From NCBI RefSeq assembly GCF_009914755.1, contig NC_060942.1: a stretch of DNA of 64,000 nt. One strand, written 5' to 3'. The notes under the pieces are model-generated. The model searched no databases. It had not been told where the DNA came from and saw only the letters and a list, made by a program, of their open reading frames with translations. Origin of the DNA: the human T2T-CHM13v2.0 reference genome, Homo sapiens. The translations under genes and the position numbers were made by a program. This document shows positions 40,976-54,614 of this stretch, one piece after another; the stretch's first letter is position 1, and every line of letters starts with the position of its first letter.

Positions 40976-41216
40976 ACTATTCCCCCTAGAGTGATATATT
41001 TTTCATTGATCCTCTAGCTGATTCATGTAATAACTTGAAGGATTTTCTAGTGTAACCAAAAAAAAAATGTGTAGAATAGTCTGGAGTGCGGCTCAGCAGG
41101 TTGAATTTTAGGCACACTGGCCTGGTTTGATGGGCAGGTAACATTTATTTGGATCCCTCTAAGCACAGCCTCAAGGACAGGAATATGCTCATCCAGTAGA
41201 CTCTCAGGTCAGAGGA

Positions 41217-41527
41217 TTTTTGTGTGTGTTTCAGAGATAGGGTCTAGCTCTGTCGCCGAAGCTTGGGTGGAGTGGTGCCCTCATAGCTAACTGCAGCCTG
41301 GAAATCCTGGACTTAAGTGATCCTCCCACCTTGACTTCCAGTGTAGTTGGGACTACAGGTGTGTACTAACCCTTATCCCCCAACCTCAGCTAATTTTTAC
41401 AATTTTTGTATCTGTGAAGTCTTTCTTTGTTGCCCAGGCTGGTCTCAAACTCCTAGGCTCAAGTGATCCTCCTGTCTCAGTCTCCCCAAATGCTAAAATT
41501 ATAGGCATGATCCACTCCTCCCAGACC
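41217..41527 (-). mobile_element. Alu, AluJo-like (diverged)
   Basis: Antisense dimer AGGGTCTAGCTCTGTCGCC..CTCCTAGGCTCAAGTGATCCTCC. Degenerate TSD ..GATTTTT. Confidence 0.9.
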
Positions 41528-42269
41528 TGAAAGATTTTTTATTTTGCCCTGTGTTGCTACAAAAATAAAAGCATCTTATGCAGAATTTACAATGACTTTC
41601 TTTCAAATTTTCATGCTGTCCTTTGTCTCAAAATTACTGCCATCATCTAATGAAAAAAATAGGTTAAATTAATCAAAGGAAAAATTTAGGCTGAACATAA
41701 AAAAAATTGTTAATGGTGAGATCCATTAGACTCTATTAGAATCCCCATTGATTGAGTCATTTAAAATAAGACTGCCATCCCCTGGAGATGACTCTGAGAC
41801 AACCCCAGGCCTGAGGAGAAAGGAGCATATGGAACCCGCAGGCCCCTCAGCCACTAATGTGGGTGATTTTTTTTCTGAATTCCCTCATCTTGCCTTCTTG
41901 TCAACAAATCCTGCCATCATTTCACTCACATCTTTGCAGCATTTTCCAGAGCCATTAACAGAAATCATTTCACAGAGAGTGGGAAAGAATGTCATTTTGT
42001 CATTTTCTTGGGGGAGTACAGGGAAGAACAGGCAGCCTCTGTTTCCTAAGGCTTTCATGATGAAAAAAGAAAAGGAGAATGAGGCCTGCCTGCTAGTGGG
42101 CTGCAAGAAACAACTTTGCTTGGCAGCGTTGTGCAGAACAGTGACTGGAAACTCCCCCGTGAATCTCTCTCCTTATTAACTAGAAGAAAGAACAGTTTGG
42201 GACCACACTGATACCCCCAAACTTATTGGCACTAATGAGCTGTGTGAACTTATCCATTACATTATATCT

Positions 42270-43030
42270 GAAAGGTAAGAGGGACCTTAATGATCATCAA
42301 GTGTAACCTACTTCTTAATGCAAGAACTCCTTTTAATTACAGAATTCCTGTGAGATGGCCATTGGAAGCTCATTATTTCATTGAACTCTCCATCCCATGT
42401 TTAGTTGTTTCATTTGTTAAGAAAGTCTTCCTTTTATTGAGCTAGGACATTCATTCATTAGTATTTGCTCTCCCCTTTGGAATAGTAATAATGATGTATG
42501 ATAAAACAGTAGTAATCATAATAATGATGATGCTGATGAGTAACAGAACTTTTTTTCTATGTGCTAGGCATGTAATAAAAATTTATATATGTCTAAGTTC
42601 TTATTTATCACCACAAAGCTTATATGTTATAGGAATTATGATTTACTCCTATTTTAAAGAAGGAAGGATTGAAACATAGAGTGTTAGAATGACCTCATGA
42701 GGGTCACAATACTCAAAGGTGGAGAATTAAAATTTGAACCCAGTTCTGTTTGATTACAGAACTCTACATACTGGGCACACACAAATGCCTCTAGCTCCTT
42801 ATTTACCACATTTCAATTACACTGTGTTCTTACTCCTCTTTTTTCCAGGTTGCACATCCCAACTTCCTTAAGTATTTCTTATTTAATATAACTTTCAATT
42901 GCCACATGATTATAGTAGATTTTATATTACAAGTTTCTAGCTTTCTTTTCTAGTGTATGGAAGCTTGAACTGCAAAAAATACTGAAAATGTGGTTTGACA
43001 AGTGAGGCATACAGAAAATTCTACTGCTAC
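42270..43030 (-). mobile_element. CR1/L3-like relic interrupted by a MIR (about 42490-42770)
   Basis: GGGACCTTAATGATCATC, TTAAGAAAGTCTTCCTTTTATTGAGC, CTCTTTTTTCCAGGTTGCACATCCCAACTTCCTTAA. MIR motif AATTTGAACCCAG in between. Confidence 0.5.
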
Positions 43031-43724
43031 CCTTCATCACCTTTCTAAACCAAGTTTCTGCATTTGCAAAAATTATTAATAGCAAAGATGATAATTGACA
43101 TCAGAAGAACATCAAAATACAAAACTTTAAGGAGAAAAAAGCACTTACATTTGAGAAAACCCTATTGTGGGTTTCACATCAGAAGGGTTCTTTTTATTTG
43201 TTTGAAACATCATAATTTTCTCTGTAAAACTGAGTATAGACTTAGTTTAAATAATTTCCCTAGTCCATTTGGGGATGTACTGTGACATCTCCCTCCATCT
43301 GTCAAAATTTGGGGTGCATGTGTTTCTATCTCAGCTGCCTGGGTGCAACCACACAGAAGATGCACCCCTCTTGTGGATTCAAGAGCTCCACTGTAAGCTT
43401 CTGATGAGGCAACGTTGCTAAGAGGAGCTCAGGCTTTCAAATTAGTCAGGAAGATAAACATGAACTAGGCGTGATTGTCCCTGGATGGCCAAGAAAAGGG
43501 CAGGGCACCAGAGAATGCATAGGCGCTATTTATTCACACAGCTATAATGGAAGTCAGGGCCACTACACAAGTCTCTGGCTTCTGAAGCCTTTCCCTGACA
43601 CAGTCAGGTGAGCTCTGAGGTTGATGTGGAAATTGTGCTGAACAAGAATGGGCCTTTGAAAAAATTTGAGGGGTAGATAGGGAAGTAAGCTAGTATGCTT
43701 TCAGTTAACTCATACACATTCCAA

Positions 43725-44346
43725 TGTAGGGGCCAAGGGAGAGCTCTTCTCTTGGCCCTCTGAAGTTTCACCAAAAAGTCAACTCACAAAAGGCAGATTA
43801 ATTGAATAGAAGGCATACAAATTCACTTAACATGTATACATGGGATCCTTCAGAATGAAGACCCAAAGATACAGAGAAAATTGTTCATTTTTATGCTTAG
43901 GTCCAATAAAGTATGGACAGCTATGTAGAAATATGACTAGACAAAAAGGGTATGATCTAATGCTAATAGACTGAGTGGGGAAACCCAGCAAGGTCTGTCT
44001 ATGGAGATACTTCTTGGCATCTCTGAGCATGCATTCTTTCCTTCTGGGTATGGGGCAGGACTCTCACTGGAATAGGGATCTTATGACCCACAGTCAAACA
44101 AGTCAGGTTAGATAATTTCTTTATGACAAGTTTTTACACAGATAGTGTGGAGGGAAAGTTAGAGTGATGTTCTTAAGTCTTATGGCTGGCTTTGGGGAAA
44201 AGAGATCCTTGTTTCTATAGCCCACCTTGGGGAAAAGGAATTCCAGTTTCTATGGCTAACCTCGAGGAAGAATGGGAGAAAAACTTTTGTTTCTGAGGCT
44301 GCTTCTGAGGCTTTCATTTTGTGGTATTGTTTTCTGAGCCAAAACA
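43725..44346 (-). mobile_element. MER67-like ERV1 (MER4 group) solo LTR
   Basis: TGTAGGGGCCAAGGG..CCCTCTGAAG..AAAAGGCAGATTAA..TTTTCTGAGCCAAAACA. Confidence 0.75.
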
Positions 44347-44589
44347 CAGGTAAGTAAAAAGGTCAGTGCAAAAAGAAGCATATAGATCTCATTAAAAGGA
44401 ACTGTAGCAGTAACACTTATAGTCATAAAATGATACTGCTACAGAAAAAGAATAACATCAGTAATATGAGGAGTCCTACATGAAGATAAGGACAAAAGGG
44501 GACATTTGGAGTCAGGCTACTGCTATGAATTTCTATGTATTTTTCTATGTGCTTTTCTATGTGGTTTTGTTGTCTATGGCAATACAGAT

Positions 44590-45177
44590 TGTGAAAATAA
44601 GTGAATCAAAATCTAAGCTGTTGGAAGTATAAATTATTTTGAGTCTTAAAGAAACATGATTATGGGGCCTGGTTTATGTGACAGGCAGCTGTAACCAAGG
44701 CAGTTGTAGCTTTGTTTCTCTGATTATAGATTAAGCCTTCTTTCTTGCCTTCACTATTTTGTAAAATATTACAAATGACTGAAGGATTCTGGAGAAGATC
44801 CTTTCTCCCTTTATTGTTGTTGATCTTCATTATAGATTAATTTCCCTCTCACAGTTCTCACACAAAGACTTCATGGCTATTATATTGTCTTTAGATGGAA
44901 TGTTATGTATACTCTTTCAAACTGGAAATGAAATGAAAATGAGCTGTATGAAAAAGACTGCACTAATTAAATTGTTGTAACTCATAAGACAACCTTGTAT
45001 ATAACATTTTGCATTCCTCTCAAATTTCTTTGTTTTCTGCCTATATAAGCAAGAACCTAACTTTTAACTTTGGAACACTGACCCCATTTCTCTGGAGTCT
45101 GTGTCTCTCTAATGGCCATCCCCAGATTTTTCTTGAATAATCTGGACTCTGATCTTTTCGATTATTTCAGGTTGGCA
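44590..45177 (+). mobile_element. ERV1 solo LTR (LTR24-like)
   Basis: TGTGAAAATAAGTGAATCAAAATCTAAGCTGTTGGAA, TATA box CCTATATAAG at about 45040, end GATTATTTCAGGTTGGCA. Confidence 0.7.
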
Positions 45178-45650
45178 GAGTCTTCATGAAAGTGTTTTGG
45201 GAGAGGCACTCCAGTGTCATAAAAATAGACACAGTTAAATGCAAAGAGTACTGGGTTACAATTCTGTTTATTAAGTAGTAGTGTAGTTGGAGACACTGTT
45301 TATAATTTGGGTGTGTGTGTGTGCATATGTGTATAATAAAACCAGAAATGCAGAATGCCTTAAAATAAAAATGTCTTTCTCTTGCTCTATCTTTACAACT
45401 ACCTAGTGCCTGTTACAAAGGTAATTCCTTGTTGTTTTTTAAAAATTTTGCTTCTTGTAGAGGTGACATTCATACCTTTTTCATGGCACTAATATGACTT
45501 CTGATCTATAACATATGGGTATTACCATTTCCTATCTGTTGAAGATAAATATTAAACTCATTTGTATGACCCTTACTTTTAATCTTCCTCTCCATTATTT
45601 GATCTTCAGTTGCTTATCATTGTTATTAAACAATTTTAAAAAAATCTTTA

Positions 45651-45752
45651 GTGCTCATTTCAGCAGCACGTACACTAAAATTGAAATAATACAGAGATTA
45701 GCATGACCTCTGCTCAAGGATGCCATGCACATTTGGGAAGTGTTTCATATTT
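45651..45752 (+). pseudogene. U6 snRNA retropseudogene, full length, 5' part of a U6/L1 chimera
   Basis: GTGCTCATTTCAGCAGCACGTACACTAAAATTGAAATAATACAGAGATTAGCATGACCTCTGCTCAAGGATGCCATGCACATTTGGGAAGTGTTTCATATTT aligns end to end with U6 (ACAGAGA box kept). Confidence 0.93.
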
Positions 45753-46127
45753 ATGAGGTATTATTCAGCCTTTAAAAAAAGAGTGAAATTTTTACACATG
45801 CTGCAACATGAATGAATTTTGAAGGCATGAGGGTAAGTGAAATAAATCAGATACAGAAGAACAAATTTTATATGATTCTACTTATACCTAAAGTAGACAA
45901 ATTCATAGAGACAAAAAGTAGAATGATGTTTGCTAGGAACTGTGGAGAGAGCTGAATAAGAAGTTGTCATTTAGTGGTTATAGAGTTTTAATTTGAGAAG
46001 ATAAAAGTTCTGGAGATGAATTGTAGAGATAGCTGTGCAACAATTTGAACGTACTTAATGCCACCTAACCACAAACTTAAAAATGGTCAAAATTGTACAT
46101 TTTATGTTATTTATAATTTATCACTAT
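45753..46127 (+). mobile_element. L1MB-like 3' end directly fused to U6
   Basis: TATTATTCAGCCTTTAAAAAA..AAATTCATAGAGACAAAAAGTAGAATG..AAAAGTTCTGGAGATG..GTACTTAATGCCAC..AAAAATGGTCAAAAT. Confidence 0.88.
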
Positions 46128-46519
46128 GTAGATATTATACATATAACATATAATTTAGCTCTTACCCATATCTTTTGATTTCCTCTTTGTAAAATTAACA
46201 GGTTTCTCCATATTTTTTCAATTTTCATTTGTTATACTAGATCTCCATGTACATACTTTTTAATAAAGTTATGCAGAAACAGTGGTTGCAGACATTTTTG
46301 GGTGCTGTTACCAAATATTTTTTCCTTCTCTCTTCTATGCACATGCAGTGATTGAGCTTTCTGGACCTTGTGCATTTGATGCAGGCAGGTGACCACCTTT
46401 GGCAAATGAATTGAAGAACAGGAAATTTAGTCATGATCAGATCTGGGCATTTATGTGCGAAGTTCTAATTCCTCTGCCACAGCAACTGGCAAAGTGTGAG
46501 ATGGCTGCCTTTTTTTGCA

Positions 46520-47770
46520 TGTTCTGAAATTGCCTAATGATATTTTTAGGTGTAGGAGATTTGTTTGTTTGATTTTTTTCCATCCATGATTTTTGTGTAA
46601 TTGAGGTCCTCTTTAAATAGAAAAACTCATGTATTTTTTTCAGATATGCAAATTGTTCCTGTATTTTATTTGCTTATTTCCTCTTTTCTATTTTCCACTT
46701 TCTTCTCCCAGAGCTCATATTTATTAGATGTTGTTTTTCTTTTACACTTTGTATATTTTGTCATATTTGCTGCCTCATTGTCAATTTTCCTCTGTGTTCA
46801 TATTGAGCTCCTTCACTTTGTTTTATTTTTTTGGTGGTATCTTTCAAAACTCTCTGAAAAGACTAATTAGATTTTCTTTTTGAGTTTCTTCTCTTTCATG
46901 AGTTATTTCTGTTTTCACAAGACTTGTTTTATCTACTTATTTTCTCATTTTGATGCTGTTTTTTATATTCCTGAGTGATTATAGGTTATTTTTAGCATAT
47001 TTAAAACAAGAGGTATTGGCTGACTTTTCCAGGTAGTGAACTAAACGCTCTCTACTGTTGTATAGGTAAGCTTGTTTTCCCCACAATATTTATTTTTCAA
47101 TCAGGAATCTGACCTGGTCAGCTAGGCATATAAATCACTAAGTTGCCAGGCTTTTAATAAGGGATTGCCAAAGCAGGAAGAAATTTATTCTGTGATGCTA
47201 GCACTCACTAGTGCTGCTAGTCCCCCCCAATCAATACATTACGTTTTTTAAGTGAAGAAGTCATCATTTGTGTTATAATGATTTTTGTCATTTTGCTTGG
47301 TTTTATTTTGCTTAGAATCAATGTGAACTTTTTTGTATCCTTCTTATATCCAGGAACACGGGAGAGAGAAGAGAGGAGCAGAGAGCTGATTGGCTTCTTG
47401 TTCCAGGGACAGAATTTCAATCAGACCCTCTACTCTCCCCTACCAGTTTTGCACCTCTTTTATAATTCCACCCTCCATGACTACCAATTTTTTTCCAAAA
47501 CTCTTTGGGACTTGCTTGAAAGATTAGCTCCCTTTTTTCCTGCCATTCCTTTCTATGTTAATTTTTGACTGTAGATTCCTCAACTTTCTTTGTTCAAATG
47601 TATTGTTCCCATTCATTTTTTAATCTCTCAATAGTGCTTCAAAATCTAATATTAGATAATGATTCCTCTCCCATTCTCTTTGCTGTTCAGGTTTATGGGT
47701 TTAATTCTGTTTTTATTCTCTCACATTTTAGAGAAATAGAGGCAAATTCAGGTACTTGATCACCATATTC
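46520..47770 (-). mobile_element. Very old L1ME/HAL1-like relic
   Basis: T-rich decayed tract ending TGATCACCATATTCAACAAGA, resembling the antisense 5' end of old L1M/HAL1. Confidence 0.4.
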
Positions 47771-50700
47771 AACAAGAGATCATGTTATGTACTTGGAAAA
47801 TTAAGAATTACATCACACTTTGTGCATCTGCAGTGGTACACTCTATGTCCTCAGTGAGAGCCACAAGCGATAACTTTGAACAGGTAGAATGCAAGGAGGC
47901 ATTTTTAGTGCTACCTAGACACAAAGCACATCATGATCTTTTAATAGTTTTTAAGCTATTTGATAATAAAGCAGTAGGAAAATGGGAAACAAATGAAAGC
48001 CAGGATTTCAGTCAATAGCCCTTTCTCTTGCTTTGTCTTTTTTTTTTTTTTTTGACTGGGCCTCAGGACAAGTTGAACATGACCATCCTCAAATTCCATT
48101 ATTAAACTAGCAGTTCTGCTTCTAAACATACCTAATTGCAATGACTTAGTGGAATTGAAAATAAAAAACATAATAGTAGTCAGTATCAGAAAAACTAAAA
48201 CATTTTACTAGGTTTTCTATTTGCATTTTAGATGTTGTTTCTCAAAGAATCTCAAATTCAGGTTTTATTTCTGTAATTTCCTGCTTCTATAAATATTTCC
48301 TCAGTCGTTTTCCTCAGTTCTTACAAGAATACATATGGTGCTCCTGAAAAATATTTTCACAAGTACTTGTGGGTGATTTATTGGTGCTTAAATCCTTCCT
48401 ATGTTTGGTGTATAAAATCGTGTCTACTCAAAATGTTCAGTGTTGACAGCAACATGGTTTTCAGAATCTATCCAGGCCTCCCTTCTGTCCGTCTGCTTTT
48501 ATTAACTTCCCTTTGCTCTTGTCCTCCTTAAATTTCTGGGATTTCAGTGATGCAGTCTAGTTCTTGGTATATACCACGCATTCCCCCTCCTTCTGATATC
48601 CTATTTGGATCGTTGTCTCATTTATGTCAACCATGACTCTCTTATTCAAAGTTATATGTCCAAGCCTCTTTTGACTCCACATTCCTTAGCATTTTTTTCC
48701 CAAACATTAGACTGCTGGTTAGAGTCCTATAGGGATGGGAAGAAGAAGAAACAAATGACGTTTCTCCAGCTGCATCTCTGTGCATCAAGCCAGAGTCAAA
48801 TTTTACATTACATTGAGGGAGAAGAACTGTTGGTCAAGCTAAAGTAGTTGTAATGCAAGGTGTGTGAAACGCTAGAGAATACTGGAGCATGAAAACATCT
48901 GTTGGGAAAAAAATCAACTGAAAGTGGTGGAGGTGATTAAAAGAGACAGGGGCTAGAGTTCACAGCTGGGCTTTTGTATATGGAGATACTTCATAAAATA
49001 GAATATTTGAAATTGAAATTTGAGTCTCATCCCACTTATTACCCATTGAAATCAAACATGAATGATTCATGCATTTACAAAGAATGATTGGAATGCTTTG
49101 TGCTAAATATGATGGAAAATTCAATGGCAACCAAGGCACTACCTTTGAAGAAACCTGGCAAATGGCAGAGGAGTGAGAGGTAAGTTTACATTTAATGGAG
49201 AAAGAGAAAAGAAGAAAGATGTGTCAATGTTTTGTAAGTAGCAGCATACGTACTTTTGGACTAGAAGGATACACTGTGACTATGGCTGTAGATTAAAAAA
49301 AAAAGAATTTTACACCCTGGCTTTTGGAACCCATGTAATCAGGGCAACCCTGAATACCTCTGGGGAGCACAGGAGAAGAAAGATGACAAGGACAACTTTC
49401 CAGTAAGCTCTATCATGGCCCATGGCAGGGGATAAGAAAGAGTTGCCATTTATTGGAAGTGTGCTGAGGGTAGCTAGTTAAGAAATTCCTGTTAATCACA
49501 CTTGTTTGTTTGTCAAATAAGAACACTTACTTAATAAAAGTATTTTTAATTAGGCCATCTGGCAAGTTATCTTGCATAATTACAAGTCCAAATCTTTCCA
49601 CTGATGTTCTCCTAGAATAGTTTGAAGATACTGTTCTACTCCTTAAGTCCTCTTTAAAAATTAACGAGAGCCATAAATCACTGCTGATCCTTTGGCTCAG
49701 TTCTGGATGTTTCCTCAGACAACAATGCCATTAAAAATTTCTATTCATTAATGTGTTGGGTTATACACCTCAGTGAATTTCATTTATAATAGAGTCTTCC
49801 ACTTAGGCCTCTTGCCAAAGGAAAGGTCATTCTGTGAACGTCACTTATGTTCACAGAGAGAACAAACACTCCATGCTACCATTATATATGGCTGAGTTAT
49901 TCTACTAGGAAGAACTGTTGTTTTCTCCTTTGTCATGCCTTCAATGTTCTAAGCATTTGGAAATGTCTTCATTTCTAGCTTCCAAGTGCACAGAGTAAGA
50001 GAAGAAAATGTCTCATACAACAATAACGTGCAACACAGGTTGCAAAGCTCACAACCCAAGCAAGGTCAACTGGGAGCTACTTGGTTTCTGAATTGTGAGG
50101 CTGGGTGAATTGTGAGGGAGGGTAGGACACTGCATCTATGGCTGTCATACTGAGCACCGAACAACTTTTAAGTGTGATATTCACAAAGACTACAGTGAAT
50201 GGGACTCTGCAATCCTCTGGAGGCCTTTTAGAACCTCTGTTCTTTGGCCACAATCAGCAAAAGTAGACACTGAGGTTGTTTAGGGAAAAATAGAATTCCA
50301 TTGCCACATAGAACAGAAAGTTGCATTGAGTATTCAGGCTATGCTATATTAGCAACGTTAGTATGCCTATAGGAAAAATAGAAAAGAATATTTACAATTG
50401 AAATGTTGGTCTCATCTTATCCATTGAAATCAAACATAAATGATTCATTAATTTATCAAAGACACAATAGGCACACATTATGTACAATGCATTATGCTAA
50501 ATGTTATGGAAAATTCAATGATGAGTAAGACAGTACCCTCAAAGGAACCAGGGATCTGACAGAAAAGAGAGTTAAATAAGCATTTGATGGAGTGATTAAA
50601 GAACGGAAGAAGGGCACCGTGATTTGAACATGGAGGTATCTAGCCTTAAAATTACAAAAAAAAAAAAAAACACGTAAGTTTTATAATATAGACCACATAT

Positions 50701-50924
50701 GATGTGTACCAGCAGGATAATTTATAATAAATATCCTCGCAGTCACAGAAAACTCAGATGTATTTAAATATGTCTGCTTTTATGTCTTTAGATATGATAT
50801 TGTGTGGCTGTAGACAGATAATAGAACCCAAGGTATATATTAAAGAAAATATAAATGGGGAACACAATACATGGTTGAAATGTAAAGAGATTATGATGAG
50901 AAAATAAAGGATGAGTGGATGGAG

Positions 50925-51007
50925 ACCAAGAGAAAAGAAAAAAGAGAGAGTAAGAGAAAAGGAAGGAAGGACAGAAGGAGGGAGGGAGAAAGAGAGAAAG
51001 AAAAAAT
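50925..51007. repeat. Purine-rich (GA/GGAA) low-complexity tract
   Basis: Read directly. Confidence 0.8.
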
Positions 51008-51835
51008 GAACCCCTGGGGTAGATAATAAAAGAGACCAATTTTAATCTTAGTGATATATCCATGAACATGAAAAATAATTGATTTACTAAATGTAATGGT
51101 ATTTAATTTTTAGCATCAGATACAATGATGTTTGCTTGAACTTAAAATAATTTTAATCTCTATATTGTCAATGAAGTGTTTATATTTTATATGAGATAAC
51201 TTTCAGCCTAGGACTTCTTTGTGCATTTTTAATGTTATGGTGACAATTCTATCAATGTCTCCATGAAGCTAATAGTTTTCTTTCAAAATAAAAAAAAAAA
51301 AAATTGGAAGACAGAATCCTGATTGATTTATCTGCTGATTGTTCTTCCGATTTCCAGAAATTTGCCCTTGTTCTAATTCATAATATATAAAACCAGATAT
51401 CAAGTTTTCTTAAATATATTCATGAAATCATTCGCATATCAGGCAAAAATAATGAAGTCTGATAAAAATGAAAGTACAAATCATTCTTTAATTGGCATAT
51501 AAACTTCCCCTCTCATCCTTCAGTCCTCTCTTAAGGAGAGCTCCAGAATTTGATTCAATCTGGAATCGTGTTCCACTACACTAGCTCCCAGAGCTAGCCA
51601 ATTATCTACGAAGGTTTCTTCTTGGATGCCCTCAGTTAGCTCTGTTCATTCAATGGAAAACTTGTGGTACTGAATTCATTCTAAATGACAGGCATACAAA
51701 TCTGTACTACTTGAATGGCAACTTAAATATACAATGCAAGATATTTGACTTAACTTAAATTAATTTAATTTAGCTGTCAAAGCCCCAACAAAGATGCTCA
51801 GTGTTTCATGTGGAGTTTATTTGATATATACAGGG

Positions 51836-51849
51836 GTGTGTGTGTCTGT

Positions 51850-51909
<60 letters not shown>
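51836..51909. repeat. Compound (TG)n(GA)n microsatellite
   Basis: Read directly. Confidence 0.95.
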
Positions 51910-52181
51910 CCACACAATTTCTTATGCCTTTGTAATGTTATTTTTGTTGTTCTCTTTTTCAAAAGAAAGTAAAAAAACCATGTTAATCTATATGAAGTTG
52001 TAAAATATAATAGAAACTATATTATAATTTAGATCACATAATTTCCAAAAATATTAAGTAGCTATCTCATGCTGTATTCAGAATTCTATCTCAACTGTCC
52101 TTAGACCATCTATCTACCAAGCACAGAATCACAACAAATTGAAATAACAGTTGTCTCTGGTGTGCTCTATACTACAGAGAT

Positions 52182-52450
52182 TCAGTCAACCAATCAATCA
52201 AATGTCTAATAAAATCTGCTCATTTCCAACATACCCAGGTCTGTGCCAGATATGGCAGAAGATGTGAAATCATAGGACATAATTCCAACCTTTGAAAGTT
52301 TTCTGAGGTTGGCAGTTACCTTCTTGGGACATTCAAATCTTTATGAAGAAACATAACTTCAAAATGAAATTAACAGAATGAACAAGAGTGATTAGGAGTT
52401 AAAAAAAGAGAGCATAACTGAAGAGACTATAAAGGACATAAGAGGTGAAA
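52182..52450 (-). mobile_element. L2 3' relic
   Basis: TTCAGTCAACCAATCAATCAAATGTCTAAT..CTGTGCCAGATATGG..ATAATTCCAACCTTTGAAAG. Confidence 0.5.
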
Positions 52451-54263
52451 CATCCAGCAGTTTAAGGTAGTTGATTTCCCTCTGGAAGGAAGCATCCTCA
52501 CTACTAAAACTGCAAAAAGGATGGCAGACAATGGGTAAGGGCTCTTACTTAGTAGGAAACACAAACGTGGTGGTAAAGATTTGAGGAGGGATAGAAAAAC
52601 GTGCAGTAAAAGGTAGAGGGTATTAAAATAGTCAAAAAGTTTACCTCAGACTGAAACAATGTTTTTCCTAAAATAAAATTCCGGAGAATCTCAATTAACT
52701 TTATTTCAACATAATCTCTTGGGAAGTAGTCTGAGACATAATGTCAACATTCACAAGTAATTTCTTTGATGACATTTTAGAGCAGCTTCCAGCACCCTTC
52801 CCTTCCCCTGCCCTGCCTTACCTCACAGATGGGCAGGAGGTGGCAAGAATATGGTGCCATGTTCTGCAGAGTATAGGTAACCATTGTATGTAGCTTGCGA
52901 ATATGTGGGGGAAGAGCGTGTCTGAAAAGCCAAACCATAAAAAAATTGTTCTTAAAATGTCAGTTTTAGAGCAATTCACCTCTTAACCAATAGGATGGAT
53001 ATATAGGAAACCAGAGGAAAGAAAATATATTTCAAGTAGAAGTAGCAGACAGTTAAGAGATGCCTTGTTATTTCCCAAATATGTTAGCAATGAATATTTA
53101 GAGAATACTTGGGCTGTTAATACGAATATAGCTACCAACAGCACCCAGCTGGTATGGAAGTGGCACTAACATTACAACAGGATAAGTGAAGATAGGACAA
53201 TAAGTTCAATAGGATTGTCTTTATCAGGAACAATTTGAGTTGGCTTCAGGAATTAAACCTCAGTTTATATATCTATTTCATCCTATAATTCCATACTGAG
53301 AAGTGGAGCATCAGCATCTTTCAAAATAGTAAAACTGAAGATTCTTCTCATGGCTCTTCATGCGTCTGTAGTACTGATGTTAGAATTTAGCTGCAGACTG
53401 GCTTATATTGTTCCTTGTCTGTTTTATATTGATGGGCCAACCATAGTCCGTTCTGAGTGTGTATCTGGCAATATGTACAAATTTTAGTTAGAATTGTCCT
53501 CTGTCCCTAAGAAACATATAATCTAGTAAATAAGATCAAATAAATGTGAAAAACAAATAAACAATTATGTCATTACAGTTGTATTCCTGTCACTTAGAAT
53601 TTGCATTAACCTGTCACACGTAATAGATGAATGGTGTCTTAGACCAGAAAACATTGCTGATTACAAAGAGGACATGCTTAGCTTTTTGCAAACACTCTAG
53701 TTTGCCCATATATAAATGATCGTATAGGTTTCTTGCTTTCTCCAGAATCAGTTTTCTACCAAGAGATCTGCATTCAATATGTACAAAACTACCTTTAAAA
53801 ATTTTAGCTACCTTTAATTTTCTCTTATTCGTGAAGGCTTTTAACCAAAAGAGTACTATCTGGGAGTTATTGAATAACTGTTGAAGAACTAAGCAAAGCC
53901 CCATGGAAGTGGCAAGGTTTCACAGGTGTTGTGTTGTCACTCATTTGCTGAGTGTTTCAGTCTAAATACTGTTGGGTTGGTGAGGGTTCTTCAAGAATTT
54001 GTTCAAATCAAATGCTGATTTGTTCAAATCAGCATTTCAAATCTTCACAATGACACCCAAGTGTGTCAGTCACAAAGCCAAATTTTGGGCTTTGAATGAC
54101 AGGTGCTTAACATATATTTATTTATTCAATAGATAACCCAGAGCATTCAGCATTTCCTATCAAACAGGACCTACTGTGCCATATTCCAAGTGGAATTTCT
54201 CTGCTGGCCCACATACCATTCCTCTTACTTGCTCCTTTCTATATTGATTTAAATCTTGGTTAT

Positions 54264-54614
<351 letters not shown>

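Noticed and set aside
41748-42179. 143-aa + strand ORF in mostly unique DNA
   Set aside because: Starts at a non-ATG codon (TTG) and has no recognisable domain. Its length is compatible with chance.
43408-43420. GCAACGTTGC palindrome as an RFX X-box
   Set aside because: The half-sites are in the opposite order to the X-box (GTTGC..GCAAC) and there is no other support.
45651-45752. Functional U6 gene
   Set aside because: Many substitutions, a small deletion after ACAGAGA, no recognisable PSE/TATA upstream, and fusion to L1.
50089-50117. TGAATTGTGAGG repeated twice
   Set aside because: Minor micro-duplication with no further structure.
51756-51769. 14-bp palindrome TTAAATTAATTTAA
   Set aside because: AT-only and expected by chance in AT-rich DNA.
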